From Betaproteobacteria bacterium UBA5216 (GTDB lineage Bacteria; Pseudomonadota; Gammaproteobacteria; Burkholderiales; SG8-41), in assembly GCA_002412495.1 (NCBI GenBank), contig DHVE01000135.1:22199-86198 (forward strand): 64,000 nucleotides of DNA, given 5' to 3'. How positions within the stretch are numbered: the stretch's first letter is position 1; each line of letters begins with the position of its first letter. Shown here piece after piece: positions 49,492-61,055 of this stretch. The notes under the pieces are model-generated. The model was not told where the DNA came from and did not search any database. It saw only the letters and a program-made list of their open reading frames with translations. Position numbers and translations under genes: made by a program.

Positions 49492-49881
49492 TCACTGGCC
49501 ATAGATTTCCTTCGGATCCCTGATCACCGGATCCACCGCTACCCACTTGCCATCCTGATAATGGTTGAAAAAACAACTCGCACGTCCGGTGTGACAGGCA
49601 ATCCCGCCGACTTGTTCCACCTCGACCAGCACCACGTCTTCGTCGCAATCCAGACGAATCGACTTTACCTTTTGCACGTGGCCCGATTCCTCGCCCTTGT
49701 GCCAGAGTTTTTTACGCGAACGCGACCAGTAGTGAACCTCGCCGGTTTCAGCGGTCAGCCGCAGCGCCTCGCGATTCATCCACGCGACCGTGAGCACGCG
49801 ACCGCTGGCCGCGTCCTGCGTCACGGCGGGCACCAGGCCATCCTGCGCCCAGTTAACTTTGTTCAGCCAGTTATCGTTCAT
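49492..49881 (-). CDS. hisI: Phosphoribosyl-AMP cyclohydrolase
   Basis: [27 protein letters not shown]. Confidence 0.96.
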   Translation of the reverse strand: MNDNWLNKVNWAQDGLVPAVTQDAASGRVLTVAWMNREALRLTAETGEVHYWSRSRKKLWHKGEESGHVQKVKSIRLDCDEDVVLVEVEQVGGIACHTGRASCFFNHYQDGKWVAVDPVIRDPKEIYGQ

Positions 49882-49977
49882 ATTATTGGTTGGGAGCTTG
49901 GTAATCGGGGTTGGGCAGAACGACAACGCGCGGCAGGGAAACTCCGATCTCACAGCGCCAAACGCGCAACGCACGCA

Positions 49978-50748
49978 TCACAGCCGCACCTCTATTCCCT
50001 TACCCCGCATATATTCCTTCGCTTGCCGCACGGTGAATTCGCCGTAGTGAAAAATACTCGCCGCCAGCACCGCGTCCGCGCGGCCTTGCAGAACGCCGTC
50101 GGCGAGATGCTCGAGCCCGCCCACGCCGCCACTCGCGATCACGGGAATTTCCAGCATATCCGAAAACGCCCGCGTCAGTTCGATATCAAACCCCACGCGC
50201 GTGCCGTCGCGGTCCATACTGGTGAGCAAAATCTCGCCCGCGCCCAAGTCCTGCATTTTACGGCCCCATTCCAGCGCATCGATGCCGGTCGCCTTGCGCC
50301 CCCCATGGGTGTAAACCTCCCAGCGCAGCGGCCCCGCGCCGGGCACACGCTTGGCATCGATGGCAACCACGATGCACTGCGCCCCATAACGGGCGGAAGC
50401 ATCCGCCACCAGTTGCGGATTTTGCACCGCCGAGGTATTGATGCTGACCTTGTCCGCGCCTGCATTCAGCAGGCGCCGCACGTCGTTCACCGAACGCACA
50501 CCACCACCGACGGTAAACGGAATAAACACTTGCGCGGCAACGCTTTCAATAATGTGCAAAATCAAATCACGGTCGTCGCTGCTGGCGGTGATGTCCAGAA
50601 AGGTAAGTTCATCCGCGCCCTGATCGTCGTAACGGCGCGCGATTTCGACAGGATCACCCGCATCCCGCAAGCCTACAAAATTGATACCCTTGACCACGCG
50701 GCCAGCAGTGACATCGAGACAGGGGATAATGCGTTTGGCAAGCGACAT
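49978..50748 (-). CDS. hisF: Imidazole glycerol phosphate synthase cyclase subunit
   Basis: [29 protein letters not shown]. Confidence 0.97.
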   Translation of the reverse strand: MSLAKRIIPCLDVTAGRVVKGINFVGLRDAGDPVEIARRYDDQGADELTFLDITASSDDRDLILHIIESVAAQVFIPFTVGGGVRSVNDVRRLLNAGADKVSINTSAVQNPQLVADASARYGAQCIVVAIDAKRVPGAGPLRWEVYTHGGRKATGIDALEWGRKMQDLGAGEILLTSMDRDGTRVGFDIELTRAFSDMLEIPVIASGGVGGLEHLADGVLQGRADAVLAASIFHYGEFTVRQAKEYMRGKGIEVRL

Positions 50749-50761
50749 GGTGAGCAGCGAT

Positions 50762-50834
50762 GCGTGAAGCGTAAGAAGAAGTGCAACCAGGACAGTGGGG
50801 TTACCCCTCACGCCTCACACTTCACGCCTTACCC
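50762..50834. repeat. Inverted heptamer array in the hisA-hisF spacer
   Basis: GCGTGAA GCGTAAG ... CCTCACG CCTCACA CTTCACG CCTTACC; overlaps the hisA stop. Confidence 0.72.
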
Positions 50835-51577
50835 TTGCCATTAGACAGTTCATCCGCCAGCTTCTGAGCGGCGGGAAAATCCAGCGTTCCCTGATAGACC
50901 GCGCGGCCGGTGATCGCGCCTTGTATGCCTTCGCCCTGCACCGCGCACAGCGCTTTTACGTCATCGAGATTGGTGACACCACCGCTGGCAATCACCGGCA
51001 CGGTCAGCGCCTGTGCAAGCTTGACAGTAGCTTCGATGTTGACACCGCTCAGCATGCCATCGCGGCCGATGTCGGTGTAGATCACCGCTTCGGCGCCGTA
51101 GTCTTCGAATTTTTTCGCCAGATCGATCACGTCGTGTCCGGTCATTTTGGACCAGCCATCCACCGCAACCTTCCCATCCTTGGCGTCGAGCCCCACCATC
51201 ACATGCCCTGCGAACGCCGTGCAGGCGTCGTGCAGAAATCCCGGCGTTTTCACGGCGGCAGTACCGATGATCACATAGCTGATGCCGGCGTCGAGATATT
51301 GCTCAATGGTATCAAGATCGCGAATACCGCCGCCCAGTTGTATCGGTAGTTTGTCGCCCACCGCGGCGACAATAGCCTTGATCGCGGCGCCGTTCTTGGG
51401 CTTGCCCGCCGACGCGCCGTTTAGATCCACCACATGCAAGCGGCGCGCGCCCAGATCGAGCCAGCGCTTGGCTGTTGCACCCGGATCATCCGAAAACACC
51501 GTGGCGCTGGACATGACTCCCTGCTCCAGACGAACACATTGCCCATTCTTAAGATCAATGGCGGGAATAATCAGCAT
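50822..51577 (-). CDS. hisA: ProFAR isomerase
   Basis: [27 protein letters not shown]. Confidence 0.97.
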   Translation of the reverse strand: MLIIPAIDLKNGQCVRLEQGVMSSATVFSDDPGATAKRWLDLGARRLHVVDLNGASAGKPKNGAAIKAIVAAVGDKLPIQLGGGIRDLDTIEQYLDAGISYVIIGTAAVKTPGFLHDACTAFAGHVMVGLDAKDGKVAVDGWSKMTGHDVIDLAKKFEDYGAEAVIYTDIGRDGMLSGVNIEATVKLAQALTVPVIASGGVTNLDDVKALCAVQGEGIQGAITGRAVYQGTLDFPAAQKLADELSNGKGKA

Positions 51578-51820
51578 AGGAAATGAAGTTTGTGAAAACG
51601 CTTAAATAATCAGAGGAAAGCGAAGGGATATGTTGCAGTAAGCGAGGCTGAGCGGGTGGGCGCGAATGGCACTAATGGCACAAATGGCAGGCGCGGACAG
51701 CACGCGAGCGGGAGTGGGATGTGGCGATTACCGGTTCAGCAAATAACGGGGCAGCAAATCAGCGAATCACAAGAGTTCCGTTGTGCGGATCATACTATAG
51801 CTGCAAATAATCTGTTTCGG

Positions 51821-52495
51821 TCAAGCCGGCTGGCGTGGACTGCCCGCCTCGGGCGCCCATGTTGCGAAATTCGCTAATAACCGGAGGCCGGCTGCGGCAC
51901 TCTTTTCCGGGTGAAACTGCACCGCGAACAGATTGCCGCGCGCCGCCGCACAGGTAAATTCATCCGGATAGCGGCTGATGCCGGCTGTCAGTTCCGTCCC
52001 TGGTCCGCCGTTTGCGGGTTCCGGGTAGTAGCTGTGCACGAAATAAAACCGCGTCGGGTTGGGAATACCCTGCCACAACGGATGTTCCATGCGCTGCTCG
52101 ACCTCGTTCCAGCCCATGTGCGGTACTTTGAGTTTTTGTCCGCGTTCGTCGGCCAACTCGTGGGCAAAGCGCCGCACGCGGCCCGGCAATACGCCTAGTC
52201 CCGGCGTATCGCCTTCTTCGCTTCGCTCGAACAACATCTGCAAGCCGATGCAAATTCCCAGAAAGGGCTTGTCGCGCGCGGCCTCGATCACGGCCTCATA
52301 CAAACCGCGCGCGCGCAGTTCGCGCATGCAATCCGGCATCGCGCCCTGCCCCGGAAACACCACGCGATCGGCGCCGCGCACCACCGTTGGATCGTCAGTA
52401 ACGCGCACGTCCGCGTCAGGCGCGACATGCTCGATGGCCTTGGACACGGAGCGCAAATTGCCCATGCCGTAGTCGATCACTGCTATGGTATTCAT
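51821..52495 (-). CDS. hisH: Imidazole glycerol phosphate synthase glutaminase subunit
   Basis: DYGMGNL.SV, GICIG, YFVHSY, QFHPEKS. Confidence 0.97.
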   Translation of the reverse strand: MNTIAVIDYGMGNLRSVSKAIEHVAPDADVRVTDDPTVVRGADRVVFPGQGAMPDCMRELRARGLYEAVIEAARDKPFLGICIGLQMLFERSEEGDTPGLGVLPGRVRRFAHELADERGQKLKVPHMGWNEVEQRMEHPLWQGIPNPTRFYFVHSYYPEPANGGPGTELTAGISRYPDEFTCAAARGNLFAVQFHPEKSAAAGLRLLANFATWAPEAGSPRQPA

Positions 52496-52513
52496 GGTCA
52501 GGGTACGATTAAC

Positions 52514-52600
52514 GAGTGTTAAGTTTTAAATATTGAGTGCTTAGTGAACGGCAATCCGCTGGGTTTTAACTAATCACTCAAAACTAAACACTCATCACTC
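52514..52600. repeat. AT-rich inverted heptamer array in the hisB-hisH spacer
   Basis: GAGTGTT AAGTTTT AAATATT GAGTGCT TAGTG ... AACTAAT CACTCAA AACTAAA CACTCAT CACTC. Confidence 0.72.
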
Positions 52601-52611
52601 GCAATTGCCGC

Positions 52612-53199
52612 TCACAACGAACCTTTGGTCGATGGCACACCCTGCATGCGCGGATCGAGTTCCACCGCCATGCGCAGCGCGCGGCCGAACGCCTTGAACG
52701 CGGTCTCGGCTTGATGATGCGCGTTGTCACCCTTCAGATTGTCGATGTGCAGGGTGACCAGCGCGTGATTCACGAAGCCCTGGAAAAACTCGCGCGTGAG
52801 ATCGACATCAAACTCGCCAATGCGAGCGCGCACGAAATCGATTTTCATGTCGAGGCCGGGACGGCCCGACAGATCAACCACCACGCGAGACAGTGCCTCG
52901 TCGAGCGGCACATAGGCATGTCCGTAACGGCGCACGCCGGTTTTGTCGCCGACGGCTCTGGAAAATGCCTGCCCAAGCGTGATACCGATGTCTTCGACGG
53001 TGTGATGCGCGTCTATGTGCAAATCGCCCTTGGCCGAAACCTCCAGATCAAACACGCCGTGACGCGCGATCTGATCGAGCATGTGATCGAGAAAACCCAC
53101 GCCGGTGGCGAGTTTCGATTTGCCGCTGCCGTCGAGATTCAGCCTGACACTGATCTGCGTCTCGTTGGTATTGCGGGTGACTTCTGCTTGCCGGGCCAT
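52612..53199 (-). CDS. hisB: Imidazoleglycerol-phosphate dehydratase
   Basis: [29 protein letters not shown]. Confidence 0.97.
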   Translation of the reverse strand: MARQAEVTRNTNETQISVRLNLDGSGKSKLATGVGFLDHMLDQIARHGVFDLEVSAKGDLHIDAHHTVEDIGITLGQAFSRAVGDKTGVRRYGHAYVPLDEALSRVVVDLSGRPGLDMKIDFVRARIGEFDVDLTREFFQGFVNHALVTLHIDNLKGDNAHHQAETAFKAFGRALRMAVELDPRMQGVPSTKGSL

Positions 53200-53269
53200 G
53201 ATGGAGTGGATTTCGGTAACCACCTGTTTTTATTAGTATAAACGAATTTGAATAGGCGCGCCGCAGGTA

Positions 53270-54337
53270 TTATTTACCGGCAACAATATCACGCAACGCC
53301 TCCACCAGCCCTGCGCATTGCTCGTCGGTGCCGATGGTGATGCGCATGAACGGTGAAATGCGCGGCGGATTGCGAAAATGCCGCACGATGATGCTGCGTT
53401 CGCGCAGTTTCGCGGCAATGTCCGCGCCGTCGCGTCCCGGATAGCGCGCAAAAATAAAATTCGCCGCCGACGGCAATACCTCGAAACCCAGCCCTGTCAT
53501 GTCGGCAACCAATTTCGCCTTCGATAAGATGACCTTCCGGCACATCGCGTCGAAATACTCGTTGTCTTCCATCGCCGCCGCCGCCCCCGCTTGAGCAAAC
53601 CGGTCGAGCGGATAAGAATTAAAACTGTCTTTCACGCGGTTCAGCGCCTCGATCAAATCCGCGTTACCGGTGGCGTAGCCCACGCGCAAACCGGCGAGCG
53701 CGCGCGACTTCGACAGCGTGTGCGTCACCAGCAATTGCGGATATTGCTTGATCAGTGACACGCATGAAACACCGCCGAAATCGACATAAGCCTCGTCGAT
53801 CACCACCACGGAATCCGGATTGGCTTTCAGCAAACGCTCGATATCCGGCATCGGCACCTGCTGGCCCGTGGGCGCATTCGGGTTGGGGAAAATAATGCCG
53901 CCGTTGGGCCTTATATAGTCGCCGACATCGATCTGAAACGCTGCGTTCAGCGGCACCGGCTCATACGCAATGCCGTATAACCCGCAATACACCGGGTAGA
54001 AACTGTAGGTGATGTCGGGGAACAACACCGGCGCTTCCTGTTTAAGCAAGCCCATGAACACATGTGCCAGTACTTCGTCCGAACCGTTACCGACGAACAC
54101 CTGGTCGGTCGCGACGCCGTGACGTTTCGCAATCGCCGCGCGCAATTTGTCACTGGCCGGATCGGGGTACAAGCGCAGCGTGTCACCCACTTCCGCGCGC
54201 AAAGCATCCAGCACACGCTTGCTGGGTCCGTAAGGACTTTCGTTGGTGTTCAATTTCACCAGGTTGGGCAGCTTGGGCTGCTCACCCGGTACGTAGGGCG
54301 TCAGGCCGTGGACGACCTTGCTCCAGTAGCGACTCAT
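53270..54337 (-). CDS. hisC: Histidinol-phosphate aminotransferase
   Basis: KLNTNE, GNGSDE, DEAYVDF, TLSKSR.LAGLRVG. Confidence 0.95.
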   Translation of the reverse strand: MSRYWSKVVHGLTPYVPGEQPKLPNLVKLNTNESPYGPSKRVLDALRAEVGDTLRLYPDPASDKLRAAIAKRHGVATDQVFVGNGSDEVLAHVFMGLLKQEAPVLFPDITYSFYPVYCGLYGIAYEPVPLNAAFQIDVGDYIRPNGGIIFPNPNAPTGQQVPMPDIERLLKANPDSVVVIDEAYVDFGGVSCVSLIKQYPQLLVTHTLSKSRALAGLRVGYATGNADLIEALNRVKDSFNSYPLDRFAQAGAAAAMEDNEYFDAMCRKVILSKAKLVADMTGLGFEVLPSAANFIFARYPGRDGADIAAKLRERSIIVRHFRNPPRISPFMRITIGTDEQCAGLVEALRDIVAGK

Positions 54338-55626
54338 CCCGGTATCCGATACCGCGCCGAAGCCGCATGCGCGGGCAGTCCTTCGCCGCGCGCGAGTTCG
54401 GCCGCGATTTCACCGAGCTTCACCGCGCCTTCGCGTGACACATTGATAATGCTCGACCGCTTCTGAAAATCATACACGCCGAGCGGCGACGAAAACCGCG
54501 CGGTGCGCGACGTGGGCAACACGTGATTCGGCCCGGCGCAATAATCGCCCAGTGCTTCCGACGAATATTTGCCCATGAAAATCGCGCCGGCGTGCCGAAT
54601 CTTCGGCAACAGCGCCTTGGCATTTTCGACCGACAGCTCCAGATGTTCCGGCGCGATGCGATTCACCATCGCGCAGGCCTCGTCAAGATCGCGCACACGA
54701 ATCAACGCGCCGCGTCCGTCGAGCGACGCGCGAATAATGTCCTTGCGCGGCATGTCTTTCATCTGCCGCTCGATACTCGCCGCCACGCGGTCAAGATACG
54801 CCGCATCGGGGCATAGCAATATCGCCTGCGCCAATTCGTCGTGCTCGGCCTGCGAAAACAAATCCATCGCGATCCAGTCGGCGTCGGTCTTGCCGTCGCA
54901 CACGATGAGTATCTCCGATGGCCCCGCTACCATGTCGATGCCCACCACGCCGAACACGCGCCGCTTCGCCGCCGCCACGTAGGCGTTGCCGGGGCCGGTG
55001 ATCTTGTCCACCTGCGGCAGCGTTTTCGTGCCGTAGGCCAGCGCGCCCACCGCCTGCGCGCCGCCAATGGTGAACACGCGATCCACGCCGGTCAACGCGG
55101 CCGCCGCCAGTACCAACTGATTTTTTTCGCCGTCGGGCGTGGGCACCACCATGATGATTTCGCCCACACCCGCCACTTTGGCTGGCGTCGCGTTCATGAT
55201 CACGGTTGAAGGATAGGCTGCCTTGCCGCCCGGCACATAAATACCCGCGCGATCCAGCGGCGTTACCTGCTGCCCCAGCTCATTGCCGTCGGAATCAATA
55301 TAAGTATTTGTTTTTATTGACTGTTTTTCGTGGAACTCACGCACACGCGTGGCGGCGGCGGCGAGCGCATCGCGTTGCGCGGCGGGCAGCGATTGGAGCG
55401 CCGCTTTCAGTTCCGATTGGGGGATTTCCAGTTCGGCCAGCGTGTTGGCGGAAAGCCGGTCAAAGCGCTGCGTGTATTTAAGCACCGCCGCATCGCCGCG
55501 CGTTTTTACATCGGCAAGTATCGACGCGACCGTCGCATCGACCTTGGGATCCTGCGCGGATTCAAACGCCAGCAGCGCCGTCAGCGCCGCATCAAAACCC
55601 GCATCCGCGGTAGACAACCTGCGCAT
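54334..55626 (-). CDS. hisD: Histidinol dehydrogenase
   Basis: [27 protein letters not shown]. Confidence 0.97.
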   Translation of the reverse strand: MRRLSTADAGFDAALTALLAFESAQDPKVDATVASILADVKTRGDAAVLKYTQRFDRLSANTLAELEIPQSELKAALQSLPAAQRDALAAAATRVREFHEKQSIKTNTYIDSDGNELGQQVTPLDRAGIYVPGGKAAYPSTVIMNATPAKVAGVGEIIMVVPTPDGEKNQLVLAAAALTGVDRVFTIGGAQAVGALAYGTKTLPQVDKITGPGNAYVAAAKRRVFGVVGIDMVAGPSEILIVCDGKTDADWIAMDLFSQAEHDELAQAILLCPDAAYLDRVAASIERQMKDMPRKDIIRASLDGRGALIRVRDLDEACAMVNRIAPEHLELSVENAKALLPKIRHAGAIFMGKYSSEALGDYCAGPNHVLPTSRTARFSSPLGVYDFQKRSSIINVSREGAVKLGEIAAELARGEGLPAHAASARYRIPG

Positions 55627-55628
55627 GA

Positions 55629-56264
55629 TCAGCCCACGGCCTTGGCGAACGCATCCAGAATCGGCTGCATCGTTTTACGTTTCAGCTTTAGCGACGCCGG
55701 ATTCACGATCAGCCGCGAACTGATCTGCGCGATTTCCTCGACAGCCACCAGATTGTTCGCCTTCAACGTGCTGCCAGTGGAAACCAGATCCACGATGGCA
55801 TCCGCCAATCCCACCAGCGGCGCAAGCTCCATCGAGCCGTAGAGCTTGATCAAATCGACATGCACGCCCTTGCCCGCAAAATGCTCGCGCGCGGTCTGCA
55901 CGTACTTGGTCGCCACCTTCAACCGCGCTCCCTGCTTCACCGCGCCCGCGTAATCAAAGCCGCTGCGCACCGCCACCATCATGCGGCAACGTGCAATACG
56001 CAAATCAAGCGGCTGATACAACCCCTGACCGCCCTGCTCATCAAGCACATCCTTGCCAGCCACGCCCATGTCCGCGCCGCCGAATTGCACATACGTCGGC
56101 ACATCCGACGCCCGCACAATAATCAGCCGCACATCGCTTTTGTTGGTGCCAAGAATCAGCTTGCGCGACTTATCCGGATTTTCGGACGTGCGGATGCCCG
56201 CCGCGTTAAGCAACGGCAGGGTTTCGTCAAAAATACGGCCCTTGGAAAGCGCAATGGTAATCAC
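55629..56264 (-). CDS. hisG: ATP phosphoribosyltransferase, short form (HisZ-dependent)
   Basis: [29 protein letters not shown]; 211 aa, no C-terminal regulatory domain. Confidence 0.96.
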   Translation of the reverse strand: MITIALSKGRIFDETLPLLNAAGIRTSENPDKSRKLILGTNKSDVRLIIVRASDVPTYVQFGGADMGVAGKDVLDEQGGQGLYQPLDLRIARCRMMVAVRSGFDYAGAVKQGARLKVATKYVQTAREHFAGKGVHVDLIKLYGSMELAPLVGLADAIVDLVSTGSTLKANNLVAVEEIAQISSRLIVNPASLKLKRKTMQPILDAFAKAVG

Positions 56265-56377
56265 GTGAACACGTCCAGCGGCGAAAGCTTCAATTAAAAC
56301 AATATTTTACCGTACACACCCGCCTAAAGGGTGTGCATCGGTCACCCACCGCCCGATCATCCCGTCACGCCGTGAGA

Positions 56378-56956
56378 TCAGTGTCCACTGCTCCCAAACC
56401 ACCCCTTCATCTCATCATCAAACTCGCCATCGATCAGCACATACAACATCTTCGCCACCTTACCCGAGCGGTTGCTCCACGCGTGATTCGTCCCCAACTG
56501 AATCAGCACGTCGCCCGCCTTCAGCGTCACCTCGCCCTCATCCAGCAGCATGGTGATTTCGCCTTCAATGCAGATCGCGTAGTCGATGGTTTCCGTGCGA
56601 TGCATCATCGGGTGCCGGCCGCCACGGCCAAAGGATGACGCGGCTTCGTTGCCCATCATCTTGAAAATCTCGCGCGCTTTTTCCGGCGTCATGTTGCGGA
56701 TTTCTTCGGACTCCGGGGCGATCTCCGCGATGCGAATAATGGTGCCGCCCTTGGGTGGATGTATCTGCCGCGGCCCCAGCGTCGGGTCTTCATGCACCGC
56801 ATGGAGCTTATACGGCAGCGGGCCAGTTTTCCAGATGTCGTTCGACACGTGCCCGGGCCGCAACGGATTGGTGCGCATCGCCGGCGCGGGGCCATCCTCG
56901 ATCAAAATCGATTTGCCTTCTTTGTTGTGACCGACGACGACTCTTCTGACTGACAT
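56378..56956 (-). CDS. Cupin domain protein
   Basis: RRVVVGH...GKS, MHRTETIDY, GD..IQ.GTNHAW.N. Confidence 0.87.
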   Translation of the reverse strand: MSVRRVVVGHNKEGKSILIEDGPAPAMRTNPLRPGHVSNDIWKTGPLPYKLHAVHEDPTLGPRQIHPPKGGTIIRIAEIAPESEEIRNMTPEKAREIFKMMGNEAASSFGRGGRHPMMHRTETIDYAICIEGEITMLLDEGEVTLKAGDVLIQLGTNHAWSNRSGKVAKMLYVLIDGEFDDEMKGWFGSSGH

Positions 56957-56991
56957 GCTGTTCTCCTGTTGGAATTAACGTCAATAGCTTT

Positions 56992-57064
56992 GACACGGAT
57001 TTACGCACAGGAACGCAAATTAAGCCCAGCGGAAAATCTGCGTTCCTGTGCGTAAATCCGTGTC
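56992..57064. repeat. 30-bp inverted repeat of the GACRCRGATTTACGCA family
   Basis: Arms 56992-57021 and 57035-57064 are 29/30 complementary; related to the outer arms at 16908. Confidence 0.82.
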
Positions 57065-57076
57065 GGAAGAAAAGGG

Positions 57077-58051
57077 TTACTCCGGTTGTATCCCCGCGAT
57101 CTTGACAATTTCGCCGAGCTTCTTGATCGCCTCCACGAGCATCGCGCGAAACTCGGCGGCGCTGCTGCCGACCGGTTTTAGTTCGACCTTGGCGTATTGC
57201 TCGCGCACTTGCGGCACATTCACCGCGCGCTGCGCTTCTTTTTCGATGCGCGCGATAATCGGCGCGGGCGTCCTCGCCGGCGCGAGCAAGCCGTGCCAAC
57301 TGGCTTCCATTTGAGTGTTGTTGAGGCCCGCTTCGGTCATGGTCGGCACGTCCGGCAGGTACGACGCGCGTGCCGTGTGGTTATACGCCAGCGCCTTGAT
57401 GCGTCCGGAGCGGATGTGCGGCAGAGACATTGGCGGTGTGGCCATCATCACCTGCACCTCGCCGGCAAGCAGCGCCGTCACCGCCGCGCCTGCCCCCTTG
57501 TAGGGCACATGCACCATGTTAAGGCCCGCACGCTGATTAACGAGCGCAGCCGCCAAGTGCAGCGAGTTGCCGATGCCCGGCGTGCCGTAAGCCAATTTCG
57601 CGCCTGGCTTTTTCGAATATTCCAGCAGTTCGCGCACGGAGTTCACCGGCAGCGTACCGCTCACCACCAGGATGTGCGCATCGGAGCCGGCGATGTGCGA
57701 AATCGGAATGAAGTCGCGCAAGGTGTCGTACGGCATCTTCTTGTAGATGCTCGGATTGACGGCAAACGAGCCGGAGGTCAGCAGCAGCGTGTAGCCATCC
57801 GGCGTCGATTTCGCCACGATATCCGCGCCGATGAGACCATTGGCGCCGGGCCGGTTATCCACCACGAACTGCTGGTTCATCTGCACGCTGAGTTGCGCCG
57901 AGAGGATACGCGCCGACGTGTCGGGCCCGCCCGCGCCGAAGCCCACGATCACGCGCACGGGGCGGGCAGGGTAGTCTTGGGCGTGCGCCTGAAGCGCCGC
58001 AGCGAACGCCGCGACAACCGGTAGCACAACGAGTGAAATGTTTTTCCGCAT
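57077..58051 (-). CDS. Bug/TctC substrate-binding protein
   Basis: [22 protein letters not shown]; GGAG RBS. Confidence 0.92.
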   Translation of the reverse strand: MRKNISLVVLPVVAAFAAALQAHAQDYPARPVRVIVGFGAGGPDTSARILSAQLSVQMNQQFVVDNRPGANGLIGADIVAKSTPDGYTLLLTSGSFAVNPSIYKKMPYDTLRDFIPISHIAGSDAHILVVSGTLPVNSVRELLEYSKKPGAKLAYGTPGIGNSLHLAAALVNQRAGLNMVHVPYKGAGAAVTALLAGEVQVMMATPPMSLPHIRSGRIKALAYNHTARASYLPDVPTMTEAGLNNTQMEASWHGLLAPARTPAPIIARIEKEAQRAVNVPQVREQYAKVELKPVGSSAAEFRAMLVEAIKKLGEIVKIAGIQPE

Positions 58052-58092
58052 GATTGTCTCTCCCGCAAAGTATAGCGCCAACCCCTTGCCCT

Positions 58093-58119
58093 GTCGTTCC
58101 CGCGCAGGCGGGAACCCAT
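58093..58119. repeat. Single GTCGTTCCCGCG..GCGGGAACCCAT palindrome
   Basis: GTCGTTCCCGCGCAGGCGGGAACCCAT. Confidence 0.8.
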
Positions 58120-58220
58120 AACGCCTGTGGCACTTGCGAATCGCGCGTCCGACCTGCCTACCTGCAAGGGTACGGGATATCCGCCGCTGCGGGTAGCAGA
58201 CATCAGTTACGTTCTTAACC

Positions 58221-59996
58221 TCAAGCCGCCTCCGCAATAAATTGCAACCGCGCCAGATGCGCGTACAGCGGACTGTCACGCAGCAGTTCCTGGTGCGTGC
58301 CCATCGCATGTATGCGCCCGCCGTCCATCACGATAATGCGATCCGCGTGGCGCACGGTCGCCAGACGGTGTGCGATCACCAGCGTGGTTCGTCCACGTTC
58401 GAGCTGCTCCAAAGCCGCGGCCACCTGCCGCTCGCTTTCGGCGTCGAGCGAACTCGTCGCTTCGTCGAGCAATAAAATCGGCCGGTCGGCGAGCAGGGCG
58501 CGCGCAATCGAAATACGCTGACGCTGCCCACCCGATAATTTAACGCCGCGCTCACCGAGGTCGGTGTCAAAACCTTGCGGGAGACGTTCGACAAATTCGA
58601 GCGCATGCGCCGCCGCGCAAGCCGCGCGTATGTCGGCGTCGCCGGCATCGGGCCGGCCAAAACGCACATTGTCGCTGACGCTGCCGGAAAAAATCACCGG
58701 GTCCTGCGGCACGATGGCGACCGCGCGGCGCAATGCCAGCGGATCGCAGTGCCGGATGTCGGCGCCGTCAATCAGCAAGCGCCCCGACGTGGGATCGTAA
58801 AATCGCAACATCAACGCGAAAATCGTGGATTTGCCCGCGCCCGATGGCCCCACCAGCGCCACGCGCTCGCCGGGCGCAACGCTGAACGATACCGCGTTCA
58901 ACACCGGCGATTCCGCCCGGGCCGGATAGGTGAAATGCACGTCTTCAAATCGGATCGCGCCCTTCAATCTCGCGGGCAGCGTGATCACCGGCGCTTGCGC
59001 GGCCAGCGCGGGCCGCGTGTCAAGCAGTTCAAACAAGCGCTCCGTCGCGCCCGCCGCGCGCTGTATTTCACCCCACACCTCCGACACGGTGCCCGCGCCG
59101 CTCGCCACCACCGCCGCGTAAAACACAAACGCGGACAACTGTCCGGCGGTGATGCGCCCCGCGAACACATCATGCCCGCCGATCCACAAAATGCCGCCCA
59201 CCGCGCAAAAGCCGATCAGCATCACCAACGCAATCAACCACGCTTTCACACGGATGCGATGCAGCCCGCTGGCGTACGCGGCTTCGGCGGCCTGATCGAA
59301 GCGCGCGCGGGTATGCGCCTCGTGCCCGTAGGCCTGCACCGTGCGCACCTCGTGCAGCGATTCGTCGATGTGCGCCGAGACATCCGCCACGCGATCCTGA
59401 TTGTCGCGCGACAGTCGCCGCACGCGACGCCCCACCACCAGTATCGGGATCAGCGTCGCGGGCACGCCCAGCACAATCAGCGCCGCGAGCTTGGCGCTGG
59501 TGGCGAACAGCATCGCCAGCGCGCCCGCCATCATCAACAGGTTACGCAAGAACATCGACAACCCGAAACCAATCACCTGCCGTATCTGCTCGGTGTCGTT
59601 GGTCAGCCGCGAGGAAATTTCGCCGGTGCGCGCTGCATCAAAATACGCGGGGGTCAGCGTCAGCACATGCGCGAACACCGAGCGCCGCAGATCGGCGATG
59701 ATGCGCTCGCCCACGCTCATCATCAGGTAAAAGCGCGCGTAAGTCGCACACGCCAGCACGGCAGCCACGCCCACCACCGCCGCCAGCGCGAGATTGAGTA
59801 GATGCGGATCGCGTGTGCCAAAACCGGCGTCGATCACGTAGCGCAGACCTTGCCCCAGCGCGAGCACGCAACTGGCGGCGACCACCAGCGCGACGAGTGC
59901 ACCGGCAACGCGCCAGCGATAAGGCAGCAGAAATCGGCCCAGGCGCGTGAGGTGGGCGATGTCGCCCTTGGGTTGCAACGGCAGGTTGCCGCTCAT
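58221..59996 (-). CDS. Fused ABC exporter (TMD+NBD), MsbA-related
   Basis: Six TM helices, [28 protein letters not shown]. Confidence 0.93.
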   Translation of the reverse strand: MSGNLPLQPKGDIAHLTRLGRFLLPYRWRVAGALVALVVAASCVLALGQGLRYVIDAGFGTRDPHLLNLALAAVVGVAAVLACATYARFYLMMSVGERIIADLRRSVFAHVLTLTPAYFDAARTGEISSRLTNDTEQIRQVIGFGLSMFLRNLLMMAGALAMLFATSAKLAALIVLGVPATLIPILVVGRRVRRLSRDNQDRVADVSAHIDESLHEVRTVQAYGHEAHTRARFDQAAEAAYASGLHRIRVKAWLIALVMLIGFCAVGGILWIGGHDVFAGRITAGQLSAFVFYAAVVASGAGTVSEVWGEIQRAAGATERLFELLDTRPALAAQAPVITLPARLKGAIRFEDVHFTYPARAESPVLNAVSFSVAPGERVALVGPSGAGKSTIFALMLRFYDPTSGRLLIDGADIRHCDPLALRRAVAIVPQDPVIFSGSVSDNVRFGRPDAGDADIRAACAAAHALEFVERLPQGFDTDLGERGVKLSGGQRQRISIARALLADRPILLLDEATSSLDAESERQVAAALEQLERGRTTLVIAHRLATVRHADRIIVMDGGRIHAMGTHQELLRDSPLYAHLARLQFIAEAA

Positions 59997-60023
59997 AACC
60001 GAAAATTACGCAAGCTATTGTAT

Positions 60024-61055
60024 TTATTCAATTATTTTAGAGACCGACAAACTCTGCCCACCCGCCGTCGGCAGAAACATCGACTTGCCGCCCGCGCCAC
60101 CACCGACGATTACGATCAAGTCTTCCGGTGCGTTCATGATCGGCACCATGGAATTGTCGTCGCTTTGATCGACGAACTCCGGAAAGCGCGGCCCCTTCGA
60201 CTTGCCGCGGTTTTTCATCAGACCCCACGGCTGGCGTGCCATGTCAAAGAGCGCTTGCTGGATATCACGTTTGTTCCAACCGGCGGCGTGCAGATGCTGC
60301 ACGTGCTCCAGCCCCAGCACCAAAACCGGATGGCCCTGCGAATACAGATTGTTCACGCCGAGAGTGGCCATCGACGACGCAAACGTGCACATTATTTCAT
60401 TCGGCTCGGTCTGCACATTTTCGGTCATGCTGTGCGGCGCTTCGGCGTTGACCACCGTCACCACGTTTTGCTCGCGCTTGAAGCCACGCGTCACGTGCAG
60501 CGGCCCCCATGGATTGGCGGCTTCGTATTCGCCGATGCAATAGGTGTATTTGCCCGGATGCCCGGTCTGCGAAGCATCCACACCCGGCCCCGCCCCGCCG
60601 ATATTCACCAGCACGAGGCGTAGCGCGCGCCCGATGGTCGCGTTCGCGCGCCAGCCCGGCCCGAACAGGCCGGTGCCGCAGTTGATGCGCAACTGTTGCA
60701 CGATTGGCCCGTTCACAATAATCAGCGGCGCGCCCGCGTGCGTGGTGGTTTGACGGTGCGCGAGGCCATACGCCGGCTCCGCCACTGCGCGCAACGCCGC
60801 CACCACCACCGGCAGGTATTCCGGTTTGCAGCCCGCCATCACCGCGTTGACCGCCACCTGCCGCAGCGTAGCGCGACCCATTTTGGGCGGTACGATGCTG
60901 ATGAGTGCTTCGGCATCATGCGCCGGCATGCCTTTGAGGATCGCATCGACGCGCACCGGCGTCGGCGGCACGATGGGCAGACCGTCGGTCCAGCCGTGGT
61001 CGTAAAAATAATCATTGATCGCGTCGTACGAGACGTCAGAGTCAATTGCGCTCAT
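60024..61055 (-). CDS. Conserved uncharacterised protein (partner of UGSC-family proteins)
   Basis: GWTDGLPIVPPT..RV, AVNAVMAGC.PEY, NATIGRALRL, GHPGKY; ATGA overlap with the upstream gene. Confidence 0.82.
   Translation of the reverse strand: MSAIDSDVSYDAINDYFYDHGWTDGLPIVPPTPVRVDAILKGMPAHDAEALISIVPPKMGRATLRQVAVNAVMAGCKPEYLPVVVAALRAVAEPAYGLAHRQTTTHAGAPLIIVNGPIVQQLRINCGTGLFGPGWRANATIGRALRLVLVNIGGAGPGVDASQTGHPGKYTYCIGEYEAANPWGPLHVTRGFKREQNVVTVVNAEAPHSMTENVQTEPNEIMCTFASSMATLGVNNLYSQGHPVLVLGLEHVQHLHAAGWNKRDIQQALFDMARQPWGLMKNRGKSKGPRFPEFVDQSDDNSMVPIMNAPEDLIVIVGGGAGGKSMFLPTAGGQSLSVSKIIE

Noticed and set aside
49081-50844. 587-aa plus-strand ORF
   Set aside because: Antisense shadow of hisE/hisI/hisF; no family motifs; typical high-GC artefact
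58575-59801. 408-aa plus-strand ORF (similarly 36369-37367 and 46964-48064)
   Set aside because: Shadow frames of real genes; Arg/His-rich composition without motifs
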